A DNA stretch of 64,000 nucleotides from Eledone cirrhosa (GCA_964016885.1 OZ024758.1:20894001-20958000); one strand, 5' to 3'. Shown: positions 42,197 through 57,868, counted from the stretch's first letter. Translations and numbers: made by a program. The notes: generated from the sequence alone by a model not told the origin.

Positions 42197-43089
42197 TGTA
42201 TATATATGAGTAAGAGTATATATCTATATATATCAGTAAGTGTACATGTATATTCACCGACGTTATGTGACAACACATATCTGAATGATAAAAACAACTA
42301 CCTAATTACACCCTTGCATTTCTGCTGACATCAACAATTTCATTGGCAGGAGTCAGTTACCAGTGTCTTTTTTTTATATTATTGTGCTGACTCAGTTCTT
42401 CCATAAACAATGTCATTTTCCTTATGACTTAAATATTATATTTATCCACCACACCTATTATATCAAGTAAATTATATTGACATGATTTAAGGAAGAATAT
42501 TTATTGTCCCTTTCTTCCCTATGTTGAATATTCATTGTGCTGTTATGCTGTTGTGTTCATTTATCCAATGAACACAATTTATCGAATGTCAGTTTCAAAA
42601 AATGAAATGCCAAACTCATGCTTCACACATGTAATTAAGTCATATGTCTGTATTTGGTAGAAGCCTCTTTAACTGAATCATGCCAACTATATTATCTTGA
42701 ATATCTTTAATATCAACTGAAATAGCAGCAGTGATTTGTCGTAATTGCATCAAAACTATTAATGAGAAACATTAAATAGCTATGAAAATCATTTGCAAAC
42801 AAATCACAGAGGTATTAAGGTTTTACTATTTAAATTTCACATCAAGATCCCACATTATCTTGACACTAGCAGAAAGATCAGGGCGTATTTTGGTATGTTT
42901 TTCATTTCATTGCGCTCGTTTATTGTGGCATTGCAAGTGTTACGTGGAGAAGCGAATCATTATGAATGCCAACTAAACAACAGATATTCTCAATTTAAAT
43001 CCTCTCTTTCTGTGATCTTGCAATGCGGACTTCAATGGATCTATTAATCAAACCCAATGGAAGCACATGGGTATTGCAACATTTACGAG

Positions 43090-43190
43090 GTATTCCATCG
43101 GCTACGACGATGAGTGCTCCAGTGTATCTCATCAATGGAACAGTATACTCGTAAAATTAACGTGCAAGTGGGTGAACAATTGCATCAAAT
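43090..43190. mobile_element. Old interspersed repeat fragment (SINE-like)
   Basis: ccatcggctacgacgatgag...aaattaacgtgcaagtgg recognised as similar to an octopod repeat; not verifiable within this window. Confidence 0.4.
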
Positions 43191-44480
43191 AGCAAAACGT
43201 GTATGTCAACTTGCTGAAAAACAGCTACACAAAAGAAAACATATGTGCAGTTCGTTAAAATGATTCTACAAATGAGCCTTCAATCAGTCGAGCTAACTTC
43301 TAAAAGGATGAGCCAGATCTGAATCAAACCATCCTCATCCGTATAGAAATATGAAAAATCACATTATGTAATGTAGTCATGTATGTCTTAAAAAAAGGAA
43401 AAGATGATTATGGTTTTAATGATTTTGATTCTTTCTTTTAACGTCTTCGTTTCCAGGTAAAAGAGAGAATAGCAAATGCCAGGAACATATTTCTTCTATG
43501 TATTCCTATTAGTTTTCCTTTAGGTGATTTATACCCATGATTGATATTCAAAATTGTTTACAATCTGTTCTTCACATTCTAATGAAATTCTCTTTTTTAG
43601 TCAAACGGAATTTCATTAGCATGTGAAACTTTCTCTAGAAACGAATAAATTTTGAAATATACTAATATGCCAATGCATTTAACTTATAAAATATACAAGA
43701 TATATAGAGAATTCAAGATATATAAAGTATACATGTTTGCTCTAGTTATGTACGTATTAGATTGTATCACATGGTCCGGAAAACAATTTCATCAAGTTGA
43801 ATTATTTTTAAAAAAAAATTTTTTTTTTCGAGAAACTCCTAATTGACACACATGATATATTATGTTTACGATCAATGACAAATCAATAAACTAACTAATG
43901 GTTAAGAAAAATAATATTGAGGCAGCTCACTCAAACTGTTTGGCCACATCGAGGACTTTGTGTCATCTCTCTTTAAATCCTGTATCAATGGTATGATACC
44001 TGGAAAATGAAATTATAGACCTGTTTAATTAAAACTATTATGTGTTTCCAAAGCGAAACAAATATGATTTATTCGTATTTATCTGAGAGTAACGGGATAT
44101 GTAGCTACAGCAAAACACATAGTAACTTTTAAGCATCGCCACTGAACACGTTCATGAGACATAAATACACATCACTATCTTACTTACAATACATGGTTAT
44201 CATTTTGATTTAAAAATCGAATATTGTTTGCTCAATAAAAGTTTTACCTCAGCTCGCAAAGTTTCATCGGTAGATAATTCTATGTTGTTACAATTTATTT
44301 TAAAGAAAATATTATTTCTTCCCTCACAATAAACACTTTTAAAGTGAAAATAAATACGTGACAATTCTTTTAAAACAAACATCTATTTTAAAATAATGTT
44401 ACAGGGATAAAATGAATCATATATATATATATTGTTTTTTTTTTGTTTTTTGTTTGTTATATATACGCACAGTGTATGAA

Positions 44481-44950
44481 CGGTGTGGAAGTCGGACCTA
44501 CATAAAGACCTGAAGACCCGTCTCTTCGTTGCTCTAGTGGTGTCTGTGCTGCTGTACGGGTCACAGACTTGGACACTGACCAAAACATTCACTCAGATGG
44601 TGGATGGGTGCAACACGAGAATGCTGAGAATGGCTCTCGACATTAATCAGTATACACTGAAGAACTCAAAGCTTCACAGGAGCCTCCCAAAAGTCAACTC
44701 GAGAGTAGCACAGAGGAGACTGAGGTTAGCTGGACATGCTCACCGACATCCAGAGTTGACACTGCACTCACTGCTCCTGTGGGAGTCCCTGCATGGACAA
44801 ACTGGATGTAGAAGACCACGGTTGACATATGTTGATGCCCTAGGGACAGACACTGGTCTCTTGGAGACGCAGGACATGGCAGCGATGATGATGGACAGAG
44901 ACCGCTGGGAAGAACTCGTCTCAGGATCTCAGGAATTTTACCCGCCCTAC
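44481..44950 (+). mobile_element. RTE-type LINE 3' fragment (same family as 21738-23690)
   Basis: WKSDLHKDLKTRLF...SVLLYGSQTWTLTK...EFYPP, followed by an AT-rich microsatellite. Confidence 0.93.
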
Positions 44951-45004
44951 ATATATACGCACATATATACACATATGTATATATATGTATATATATATAT
45001 TTTT

Positions 45005-45065
<61 letters not shown>

Positions 45066-46382
45066 TATGAATAGAGAAGAAACATTTAGATATAATTAGT
45101 AATAAAATGTATCATACCTAAACTGCTCCTAGATTCCTCGACTACGTAGCTTCGTGGCATAAACAAAAACAATACATCATAAAGATATAGAGTCCCTGCG
45201 AGGTCTGCCGACTTATCAAGAGGATACCTCATTTTACTAGTCTCAAGAACGCGTCTACACGACGTGAGAAAGAATCCCAAAAGGCGGAGATATATATATA
45301 TATATGGTTACTGTTGGTTCAGCAACTGGACCACTCGTGCTTGGTATTAAAATACATACATACATTCTATCAAAGGCAATGCCTATCTAGACTTAATTAG
45401 TTTGCCAAGTATACTGCCATTTATAAGGTATGCATCCTATTAATGAATATTTAATACCCACTCTGATTTCAGATATCATTCTATATTTATTATTCCTTAA
45501 TAACTAATATTGCCAGCAGAGTAAACACTATTGCGTTCTTTACTATTGTGACCAGAGATATATATGAATTCATTTAACATATGTATATATGTCGATTCAT
45601 TCACCCATTCTGTGCGCTTAAAGTTTAGTTTCAACAAAGTTTGTTTATTCTGCATAAATACTTTAAATACCAGATGTATGAAAGCAATGTCGGCATTAGA
45701 TATTATAGGAATTTAAAATTCTGAGGAACATAATTAAATGAATGAGGTATTCAATGCTGCATATGAAGGGTTTCTCCAATTAACCGTGTTAACACGTAAT
45801 TACTGTCACCAGTTCCATTATGTTAGAAAGGATACACATTCTGTCTTCTCATAATAGTCATAATGCCTCATAAAAGCGCGTTCATAAGATAGCACCCAAC
45901 AGTATCTAAGTTATTAAAATGAAAGTTTAAATCTAAAGGCCACTCTCCAACGTAAATTAATTAAATTTCTGTAACATTCACATTTATATAAAATGTAATG
46001 TCTTTAACAAGGATCACTATCTGATTAATGCATTTAACTAAACGGTGCTTACCTCAGTCAGGTCATACCGGTGAATATAATTAGATATATATAGATGACA
46101 GATTATCCCATTATTTCTACACTGGACAGGACTGTAATGGCATAGAAGGTAAATGCATATATAATGTATTGTCCTGTGCCATTTAGGGTTTCCATCACCC
46201 ACTCAAATCGTAGGCTAATACCTCAGATGCTGTTGTTAGATTTATCACCGGACAACATATGTAAATACAAACACATTCACGCGCCATATATGTATACATA
46301 TATATATATATATATAAATGAGAGGTATAGAGATTGTTTTAGCGAGAAGCTAATCGTATTCTATAACATATATAAACGTTAA

Positions 46383-46950
<568 letters not shown>

Positions 46951-46954
46951 TATA

Positions 46955-47028
<74 letters not shown>

Positions 47029-47047
47029 TACACATATGCATGTGTAT

Positions 47048-47894
47048 GTGTTGCTCTTAGGGCTGTTGGTGATGTGGGCCTTCATGATCTTAGCGCATGA
47101 AGGCCCACATCACCAAAACCACTAAGAGCAACACCCACCATGGTTCTCTTGCCGTAAGCCTGAAGCCCGTCCCCTTCAACAGCAATGCAACACACGCGCT
47201 GTATTTTATGAAGCTGTGGTCGCCTCCAACCAACCAAATCAACTATAGGATGTCAAATCCTATGTGGGTATGGCGGATGGCGGATTTAAGGAACGCTTCC
47301 TGAAACACGAGTCGACCTTTAGGTGCCCGGACATACGTTCATCCACGAAACTCGCGAGCCACGTGTGGTCCCTCAAGGACTCAAGTGTAGACTACTCCAT
47401 TCAATGGAAAACCATCACTTAGTCCAAGCCATACGCAAGGGGCCATAATTCGTGTGGACTATGTATTGATAAACGAATACATATTTTAAAGAGATTACGT
47501 AATAGTGATTACCTAAACACAAGGTATGCATTATTCACACGTTGTCCACACGTTTGGAAACACATCTTACATAATTACAAAGCTCCGGATTGAATTACAA
47601 CAACACCCTAATGTTCTTATCAACTAGAAATTTTCGGTCTTTCGCAGTTATCTCCCTTACACCTTTCGCACGCAATTTCGTATTGCATGTGTGAAGTGAT
47701 CGGTTCAGCGCACGTGCGTTCGTACGGTTGTCCTTCCTGTTCCGTATAACCATGTCCATTACGAGCTGAGGATCCACTAACGTGGAAAAATTGATCTCGG
47801 CATGGTGAACTAAATGTTATGTAACCAATCCTACCTAACTTGTCCCATGAACTGAATGCTTCTTCACTACGGATATTACTTTCCAGTGTTCTAC

Positions 47895-47897
<3 letters not shown>
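47048..47897 (+). mobile_element. Second Naiad-like Penelope remnant with 5' hairpin
   Basis: FSCRKPEARPLQQQCNTRAVFYEA...SYVGMADGGFKERFLKHESTF...TKLASHVWSLKD...CGLC...YLNTRYALFTRCPHVWKH (to 47593). Hairpin 47048-47134. Degenerate HHR CTGAGGA-tccac taac gtgga at 47766. Confidence 0.85.
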
Positions 47898-47949
<52 letters not shown>

Positions 47950-47955
<6 letters not shown>

Positions 47956-48007
47956 TGTCCTTATTGAGTCTTCTTTGGATTTTAGTCTTCGAATATATTA
48001 TTATTAC

Positions 48008-48099
<92 letters not shown>

Positions 48100-48171
48100 C
48101 TACGATTTTTATATATCTGTTATATATTTATGCCTATCGAGCCCTCTTTCGATTTTAGTCTTCAAATTTAT

Positions 48172-48237
<66 letters not shown>

Positions 48238-48295
48238 ATAATAATATATTCGAAAACTAAAATCCAAAGAAGACTCGATAAGGACATATTTATAT
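47950..48295. mobile_element. Three orphan Naiad-tail fragments in (TA)n (two +, one -)
   Basis: ggattttagtcttc-type sequence at ~47950-48010 and ~48095-48175; reverse complement at ~48240-48295. Confidence 0.85.
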
Positions 48296-48582
48296 ATATA
48301 GGATCGATAGCTGACAAGCTAAACAGACAGGCAGGCAGATAGATTCATAGATAATTGCATATGCATATACGTATACACTATTGACTCAATTTTTTTGTTT
48401 GATGGATAATCTTCTTCAGACGGTATTTTAGAAAATCCCTTCCCTCACCTAAAAAGTTTGTTGGCACTGTATATATTCTCGCCGCCGAGAAACCTAATGT
48501 ACAATACATGGAGTGGTGTTAAATGTGGGTCGCATCATTTAGGATCTGTCATGAAATATTCCGACGTTATAATTACAAATAG

Positions 48583-48809
48583 TTTATCGACCCAGTAAGG
48601 ATGAAATGCAGAGTTAACCTCGGCGGGATTTGAACTCAGAATATAAAGGGTCATAGCTCTTTGCAGCATAGACTTATGACCCATTATATTCTGCGTTCAA
48701 ATCTTGCCGATGTTAACTTTGCCTTTCATCCTTACGAGGTCGATAAAATAAAGTACCAGTAATTTACTGAGAAAATGACTGGCCTTGTGCCAAATGTAGA
48801 AACAATTAT
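48583..48809. mobile_element. Fold-back SINE family A insertion
   Basis: 82-bp inverted arms 48583-48664 / 48666-48747; TSD ttataatta(c/g)aaatag at 48567-48582 and 48806-48821. Confidence 0.9.
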
Positions 48810-48885
48810 AATTAGAAATAGAAATACAGTAATCTTACACTTGAATATTAAAAGATGACAAGAGTATTACCAGTATTATATAGCA

Positions 48886-49075
48886 GGGCGGTGAATTGGC
48901 AGTATCGGTAGAGGGTTGGATTATGCTTTCCAGCATAGTTACGTCCCTTTACGATCTGAGTTCAATTCCCGCCGAGGTTAACTTTGCCTTTCATCCTTAC
49001 GGGGTCGATAAAATAAAGCACCAGTAATGTACTGGAATAATTGCTGGCCTTGTGCCAAAAAGTAGAAACAATTAT
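48886..49075 (+). mobile_element. SINE family A, full length
   Basis: TSD attatatagcagg at 48875-48887 and 49071-49083. Confidence 0.93.
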
Positions 49076-49489
49076 ATAGCAGGAATATTGAATCATTAAA
49101 TGTTGTTTTTTTTTCAGACCGAAATCTAGTTGTCTACACATTCAAATATGTTAACATTAATCTATAGTTATTTCAGTACATTCACAAAACTTAAATAAAT
49201 ATTTACACCCCAGATATTAAAACATATAGAGGTTTTAAAGAGGTAATCTAAGTTGGGAGGTCAAAACATTTCAGGCATTTGTTCCAGAAATATGTGATAT
49301 CGATCTCGATGGTAATATATATATAATTATGGAAGGATATGATCTTGTTAATGTGCTTGTATGTGACAATTGATTCTAATAATGCTGTGTTAATGCGTGC
49401 ATATCACTTATGTATCGATATTCATTGCTTTTATATAGTACTAGTAAGATACATAAATCATCAAATTACATGGTCGTGTTACATTTATG

Positions 49490-49745
49490 TGAAGGAAGAG
49501 CAGGATTTAGGCAGTGGAAGGTATTGATTATGTCACATATTTATACCATCATTACCAATATTGATATTTGCTGTTCAATCAAGAGGGGAGGTGGGAAGAA
49601 ATTTCAAAAATGTCATCTGAGTGTGAAAATGACCCAAATTCTTTACGTTCAAGGCCAGCATCTCTTGCCCAAGAACGAGGCACAGGTAGGAGCCCAACGA
49701 CCGATCATATTTACATACTACATAAGACACATCAAGTTTTGAAAT
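49490..49745 (+). mobile_element. Highly degraded LINE reverse transcriptase fragments
   Basis: Frameshifted EEQ-GFR...HIYTI and GRSPTTDHIYIL resemble RT domain 2a (QxGFRxGRSTxDHIF). Confidence 0.4.
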
Positions 49746-49878
49746 CATAAAAACATACAAGACATGTTGTACTTCATTATAACGACACTGCATACAACCA
49801 CCGTCGTTGAATTTGCCCACTACATTAGCAATGTATATAAATAACATACATTATTTGAACAATATATATATATATTTA

Positions 49879-50185
49879 TCTAGGGCGGGTAAAATTCCCG
49901 AGATCCTTGGACGAGTTCTCTCCAGCGGTATCTGTCTCTCATTATCGCTGCCATCTCTTGCAACTCCAACATACCAGTTTCTGTCCTTAGGACATCAACA
50001 TAGGTTAACTTCGGTCTTCCTCTTCCAGTGTATCCATGCAGGGGCTGGCACAGGAGCACTGAGTGCAGTGTCAACTCTGGATGTCGGTGAGCATGTCCGG
50101 CTAACGTCAGTCTCCTCTGTGTCAGTTTTAAGCTGACTTTTGAGAGGCTCCCGTACAGCTCTGAGTTTTTCATCCTCAGTGTATA
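49879..50185 (-). mobile_element. RTE-type LINE 3' fragment
   Basis: MKNSELYGSLSKVS...LAGHAHRHPEL...EFYPP*, then an AT repeat. Confidence 0.93.
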
Positions 50186-51005
50186 AACATACTTGTAAAA
50201 TTATAATATTATAAAATTAAATTAAATTGTTTAGAACTATAAGTGAAGACAGTATTTTCCTTTTTTTTAAATATATATACTTCAACATATATAATATTTC
50301 ATAATATAGACCATTAAATATTTTAATCTTTCTGTTTATGATATTATCATCACTGATAACTTCCTATTTGCTATATTAATGTGTTTCAAATAGAGATATT
50401 TAAATGTGTACACGGTTATAAATTTGAATATTAAAGTTGATAATCTAAGTTTTTCGAGGTGTTAATCTCGTTATTTTTACTGGGTTATTGACGGCAAAAG
50501 ACAAACGACCGACAATACATCAGAAAACGTCACACCACACGTATATCCCAAAAGACAATTCAGAGGAGGGCAACAGTGCAGTCTTAACGATTAACTTAGT
50601 CAATTGATGAACCCGTCCTGTACCTGGCAATATATTGTAGCCGTTATCTAAAGGTTAGTTAAGATTTTATTATCAACATTAAAATTACAAATGTCCCCAT
50701 GGCCAACAAAATCAATTCGTGAGTAATTACAAGTGCAGAAGCAGCAGTGTACTCATCTCCTTTGAAATGGAATACAAAGTAGATGTGGATCACATCATAG
50801 AGCCTGACAAGTATTGATATATATGTATGAAGAATTATAGATTTAATCAATGGGATTCCAATCACATATGATTGTTTAGGCTTAACATTATCTAATTGCA
50901 CATGATAAACTGTACATGATATCAAATTTGACACCTTGGGAATAATTGAAAGCATGTATAAGGTATATATAAATGACTATAATTTGTGAAATAATCTGTT
51001 ACATT

Positions 51006-51180
51006 GAGCGGTGGATTGGCCATATCGGTAGAGGGTCGTACGTCATGATTTGACGCTTAGAGTTACGCCCCTTTATGGTCTGAGTTCAAATCCCACCTAG
51101 GTTAACTTTACCTTTCATCCTTACGGTGTCGATAAAATAAAGTACCAGTAATTCACTGTGATAATTGCTGGCTTTGAGGC
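51006..51180 (+). mobile_element. SINE family A
   Basis: Head gagcggtggattggc, B box gagttcaaatccc and core. Confidence 0.9.
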
Positions 51181-51919
51181 AAATAACTCATCCCATACAA
51201 GCTATTGGAAAAATCCTAAAAGGAATACGAGCAAAATAATAAACAGTATTGCTCCTACGAAGCATTTGTTTTAGTGTGTTATCATGTGCTTTTTCACAAT
51301 GCCCCAAACAATATTTCTCTATTATGCGACATCAATGTAATTCTTGCAGAATATCCGAACATAGATGTCCGATGAATTAAAGATAATCCTTCCTTCATAT
51401 ACAACGAATACATTAAGTAGGTAAAGAAATATACCTCTGTGCAGGGAATTATAGAAATGCTAACTCACTGATAACGACACAGCAAAATGAGAACTCAAGC
51501 TATATTTATAACCCCTTACGTTTTCTGAGTACTGAATAATAGGTGAAAGTATTTACAATTCCGATTGAATTCGTTGTCGCAGCTAAGGTATCTAATTAAA
51601 TACTATAGCCATATGTACATTGTGTTCGCCTTAAATGTCCACATATAAGTATTGTGTCCAAGCATTAATGCATCTTAATTATTTATGTGCATTGCCAAAT
51701 GCGTGCCTGCCATTAAAATCCGACACAATCTTAGATAATTTCGGCGTGCTGTTTAGCATAAGGTAAATTGGTATATCATTATTCCTCCATACACGGACAA
51801 AATGACATTTAAAATGAAGCGACCGACATTAACTCACGTATTGTTTCATATATAAGGCGACAAAATTAAGAATTGACAGTACAAACGAACTATACTTTAT
51901 ACACACACACACACACATG

Positions 51920-51956
<37 letters not shown>

Positions 51957-51957
<1 letters not shown>

Positions 51958-53475
51958 AACTATAAAAAATCCAGAGATAGAAAATAATTATGGTTCAATC
52001 CAATATTTAACTCCTCTATAAAAACCAAACTACCTTCTACATCATTTACACTAATTGACAAGCACTTCCCTAAACTTCACAAATACCATAAATTATTTAA
52101 TAGAAATACTATCGAACGGTCTTACTCTACTGCAGCAAACATAGAATCACACATACATAAAATTAACTATAGAAGAATCTCTAATGAAAATAACCTACAA
52201 ACAAACACCATAATACCAAATACAAAACACAGACACATAACAATATCGCAAGCACACACACGTCAGAACGCATCACAACAAAACAACAACAAAGCCAAAT
52301 CTCAGCCCATACATAACAACATACAAAACCGCATCGAAGAACCGGCACACAGGAAGGCCTCAAAATGCAACTGTCACTTACCGGATAAGTGCCCACTACA
52401 AAATAGATGCCTAGAGTCAAATATAGTGTACCTGAGTACTATAAATTCAGGCAACTTACCATGGCCCTACATAGGTCCTACGGCTGGGGAGTTAAAAACA
52501 GATGGTACGTCCACAGACATTCTATAAAGAATTGTAGGCTAATGAAGACAACAACGTTCGCCAATAAAATATGGCAGCTTAAAGACATAAACCAAGAATA
52601 CGGCATTAGCTGGTCGAAACTGTTGGGGGCAAAGGCCTACAGAAATGGAATGTCTCACTGCGGACTTTGCAATATGGAGTTGCTCCATATTTTAAAGCAT
52701 GACAAAAAACTGCTTAACAGCAAAATAGAACGGCATAAAGCAGCTACTAAATTCGCTAATTTCAAACCTATATGATTCGATCCAACAATCCAATTATTCA
52801 AACTGAACCACTTAGCGTTTATTATAATAACCCATTAGTATTACCTGTCAATAGATCAACTAATCACTGAATCAACATCATAACCTTTCTCTCTGTCACT
52901 GTCTTTCCCTCAAACTATTTCACCTCTTCCATTATATCTTATCATGTTCTCTTTACCTCTCACATAACTTCTAATTTATTAATTTATCCTTTATTTAGCA
53001 CTGTACTATTTCTTCATAATATCATTTAACCATTGTGTGTGTTTGATGTTTTCATGTTTATACCATGACATCTTTATACTTTGACCTCCACCACCGCCGC
53101 CACAACAGTTTTCGACAATCCTATTATGCTCACATGCGTATGTATTTTTTTACTTACTTTTTATCATCTTCATTCTAATTTATTTATTATTATTTTTTTT
53201 CTCTCTCTCTCTCTCTTTTTCCTTTTTTTCTTTTTTTCTTTTTCTTTCTTTATTACTGATGTTGTGATTTGAATTGTCCTAGTATATTACATACGCCATG
53301 TAGAATTTTAATCAGTTATTCTTATGATTTCATTAGGCATACATTGTATTTAAAATTGAGTGACACAACTTCAAGTGATTAGCAATTTTTAGACACCCTA
53401 ATCAATGAAACAATTGTTAATTCTGTAAATAAACCCTTTTTGTAGTTGACCATGTTATTCTTCACTCTTTCACTA
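51957..53475 (+). mobile_element. Third Naiad-like Penelope remnant (linker, GIY-YIG and 3' UTR)
   Basis: LWFNPIFN...LIDKHFPKLHKYHKLFNRNTIERSYS; KCNCHLPDKCPLQNRCLESNIVY (52366); YIG; KNRWYVH...KIWQLKD...CGLCNMEL...LLN (to 52775). Flanked by (TA)n; GAAACAATTGTTA then AATAAA near 53407-53434. Confidence 0.88.
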
Positions 53476-53500
53476 TATATATATGGATATATATATATAT

Positions 53501-53781
53501 GAAAAGGAGGAAAAGAATGACTTCACTTGTAGTGTTAAAAAATATTATGATCTAATGATAATAATATTATAATAATAATTGTTTCTACTTCAGGCACAAG
53601 GCCAGCAATTACTCAGTGCATTACTGGGACTTTATTTTATCGACCCCCGTATTATAATAATATAATATTATAATATTATATTATAAGATTAAATCATAAC
53701 ATGTTTTAACACTACATGTGAAGTCATTCTATTCCTTTTTTTTCAAATATACCTAACTGTACAAGGATCTCACACATTTTG

Positions 53782-53785
<4 letters not shown>
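53501..53785. mobile_element. Fold-back mini-element interrupted by a SINE A fragment (53576-53650, -)
   Basis: Arms ~53501-53556 / ~53688-53745 plus a 40-bp tail; TA on both sides. Confidence 0.7.
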
Positions 53786-53829
<44 letters not shown>

Positions 53830-53932
53830 AAGATGAAATACAGATGGTTATAATAGTTCCGTATATTTTATTATACGTATTTCGAATGCAAAACCATCCT
53901 ACATAGTTTTATTATTCTACAATATCAGTCAA

Positions 53933-54030
<98 letters not shown>

Positions 54031-54037
54031 GAGAGAA

Positions 54038-54343
54038 TATTGGACTTGCAATTAAGAGGTTGTAAGTTCGATTTTCGGACCGGGTTTTGCGTTCTGTCCT
54101 TGAGCAAGACACTTTATTTCACGTTGCTCCAGATTACACACCTCTAGAAATAAGTTGCAACTTTACTGGTACCAAGCTGTATCCGGCATTGCCTTTCCCT
54201 TGGACAACATCGGTGGCGTGGAGAGGAGAGACTGGTATGCATTGGTGAATACTGGTCTTGCACAAAACAACCTTTTCCCAGGCTTGTGCCTTGGGGGGAA
54301 ACTTTCTAGGTACAAAACCGTGGTCATTTGTGAACGAGTGGGG
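54038..54343 (+). mobile_element. SINE family B (CORE/V-type)
   Basis: B-box-like aagttcgattttc, core gtccttgagcaagacactttatttcacgttgctccag and a GC-richer 3' body. Confidence 0.8.
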
Positions 54344-54432
54344 ACATAGATATATATATATATATATATACATACACACGTTATATCTATGTGCATATAC
54401 ATCGGCCTCTCCATCTCTCGCTATATCCGAGT

Positions 54433-54503
<71 letters not shown>

Positions 54504-54504
54504 T

Positions 54505-54550
<46 letters not shown>

Positions 54551-54554
54551 GAGT

Positions 54555-54610
<56 letters not shown>

Positions 54611-54928
54611 CGTCGATTGGGGAGAACGCGATGTCAATTACAGTTTAGATTGCAAGAATATATATATAAAACTAACCTGTTTGTTGGCAGACTTCCAGTT
54701 TTATGTTAGTTATTGTTTTAAACCACAGGTTCTTCTCATTCATCATAGCAGCAGAACTATTCAACCAGTTCGTTGAATAAACCTGGCCATTTGACTGACA
54801 AGTGTGGGCCACCCGTGACTTTGAACACATGATTTTTACTTGAAAGTAAGTGTACGAATATATGTACTAAATAATAACTTTAGTTTGTACCTGGTATTAC
54901 TGATTTCAGTCTTCTCTTGACATGCCTC

Positions 54929-54962
<34 letters not shown>

Positions 54963-54970
<8 letters not shown>

Positions 54971-55357
54971 TAAACGGAATAGAAAATGCTGACAAATTGT
55001 TCACAGTTCAAAAATGGTTTTATTAGGAATAAAAGAGTATTACTGATTGTATGGGTTAGTATTCAGTTGTGGTTTTAAGTTTTTAAGCTTTTACCGGTTG
55101 CGCATTTCTAAATGCTTTTCAAAAATAATTTTGTGATAGAGTGTCCGTGCTGTTTGCTCTGATCTGGGAAAACAGCACGGACACTCTATTTCAAAACTAT
55201 TTTTGAAAAGCATTTAGAAATGCGCAACCGGTAAAAACTTAAAAACTAATACTCTTTTATTCCTAATTAAACCATTTTTCAACTGTGAACAATTTGTCAG
55301 CATTTTCTATTCCGTTTACCAATATACAATAACTTGTGTGTTACACCTCTATTCTTT

Positions 55358-55361
<4 letters not shown>
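54963..55361 (+). mobile_element. Fold-back mini-element with degenerate HHR in both arms
   Basis: Arms 54963-55155 / 55170-55326 (one indel); ttGAAAA-gcattt ag aaatgc-GCAA-ccgg-TA at 55203-55233; 35-bp tail; TA flanks. Confidence 0.85.
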
Positions 55362-55390
<29 letters not shown>

Positions 55391-55392
<2 letters not shown>

Positions 55393-55556
55393 CGAAGAAA
55401 TTATGGTAAGGAACAAGATGGGCCATAACGCACCAGGGTAGTAATAGGAAAAATGTTTGACTCCGACGGTAGAGCTCAAGCCGTTTCGACAGCTATTTCA
55501 GTGCAGAAATAGCCTTTGAAACGGCTTCAGCTCTGCCGTCTGGGTCATACTTTTTC

Positions 55557-55557
<1 letters not shown>
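55391..55557. mobile_element. Fold-back mini-element (~50-bp arms, 6-nt loop) with one-sided tail
   Basis: gactccgacggtagagctcaagccgtttcgacagctatttc agtgca gaaatagcctttgaaacggcttcagctctgccgtctgggtc. Confidence 0.75.
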
Positions 55558-55608
<51 letters not shown>

Positions 55609-55930
55609 TCGGCACACTACAGTTACCTTATCTCTGGAATACAACCCACACGAGACCGACTTTGTATTATCACTGAGTACTTCGAACGGTGCACTGGCTG
55701 TAACTTTAATTACACACCCTATATATATATATATATATATGTATATAGATATGTATAAATACACCTAGATATTTCATCTACATTTCATATATATATGAAA
55801 TATATATGTAATATCTAGGTGTATGTATACATATCTATATACCCATCCATCTTGTTACGCTGGGTATATATATATATAGTAATATATATATATATATTTA
55901 TATATATATGTATGTATATACGTATATATA

Positions 55931-57076
<1,146 letters not shown>

Positions 57077-57609
57077 GTATATATATATATAAATATATAT
57101 GTATATATATATATATATATGTATATATATACATATATATGTATATATATATAAGTATATATATTTATATACATATATATGTATATATATAAGTATATAT
57201 ATTTATATACATATATATGTATATATATAAGTATATATATTTATATACATATATATGTATATATATAAGTATATACTTATATACATATATATGTATATAT
57301 ATAAGTATATATATTTATATACATATATATGTATATATATATTGTTGAGACTGGTTGGTTGTGCTGATCGTAGTTGCTGCGACCTGAAGTTCTAGTCACA
57401 TGTTGGTGACAGAATTGTGTGTGCAGAATTGGCTTGAAATGATTCTTGAACAATGTTTTAATGATGACCTGTGATATTCTGCATGGCGTGGTTGTTTATT
57501 GTAGTAATCCAGCATGCATTTCCTTGAGTTATGATGTAATTGTTACGCTTAATATACTACTACGTATATTATTTCTCTGATTATTCGTGTGACTAATTTA
57601 TACTCAACA

Positions 57610-57679
57610 CGGTATTTGTTGAGCTCTGATGATTCCTGCCGAAAGGTGAGGATGAAATATTGTTAGTGAATAAATACTG
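57610..57679 (+). ncRNA. Type I hammerhead ribozyme motif in a TA-flanked ~470-bp element (57341-57812)
   Basis: cggtatttgtt ga gct-CTGATGA(57626)-t tcct gcc gaaa ggt g agga t-GAAA(57654)-tattg-TT-agt g aataaatactg. Bipartite stem I with internal loop; weak stem III. Confidence 0.68.
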
Positions 57680-57827
57680 TTTTAATATGTAAGCGTTCTT
57701 TGGTTTCTTTTGCATATAAGGGATCTGTCTATGTACATTGAGCTAACACAATATTTCACTAATACAGTACGGTGAGTAGATGTCTATGCACATACGCTCC
57801 GAACTTTACGTAAATAAATATATATAC

Positions 57828-57868
<41 letters not shown>

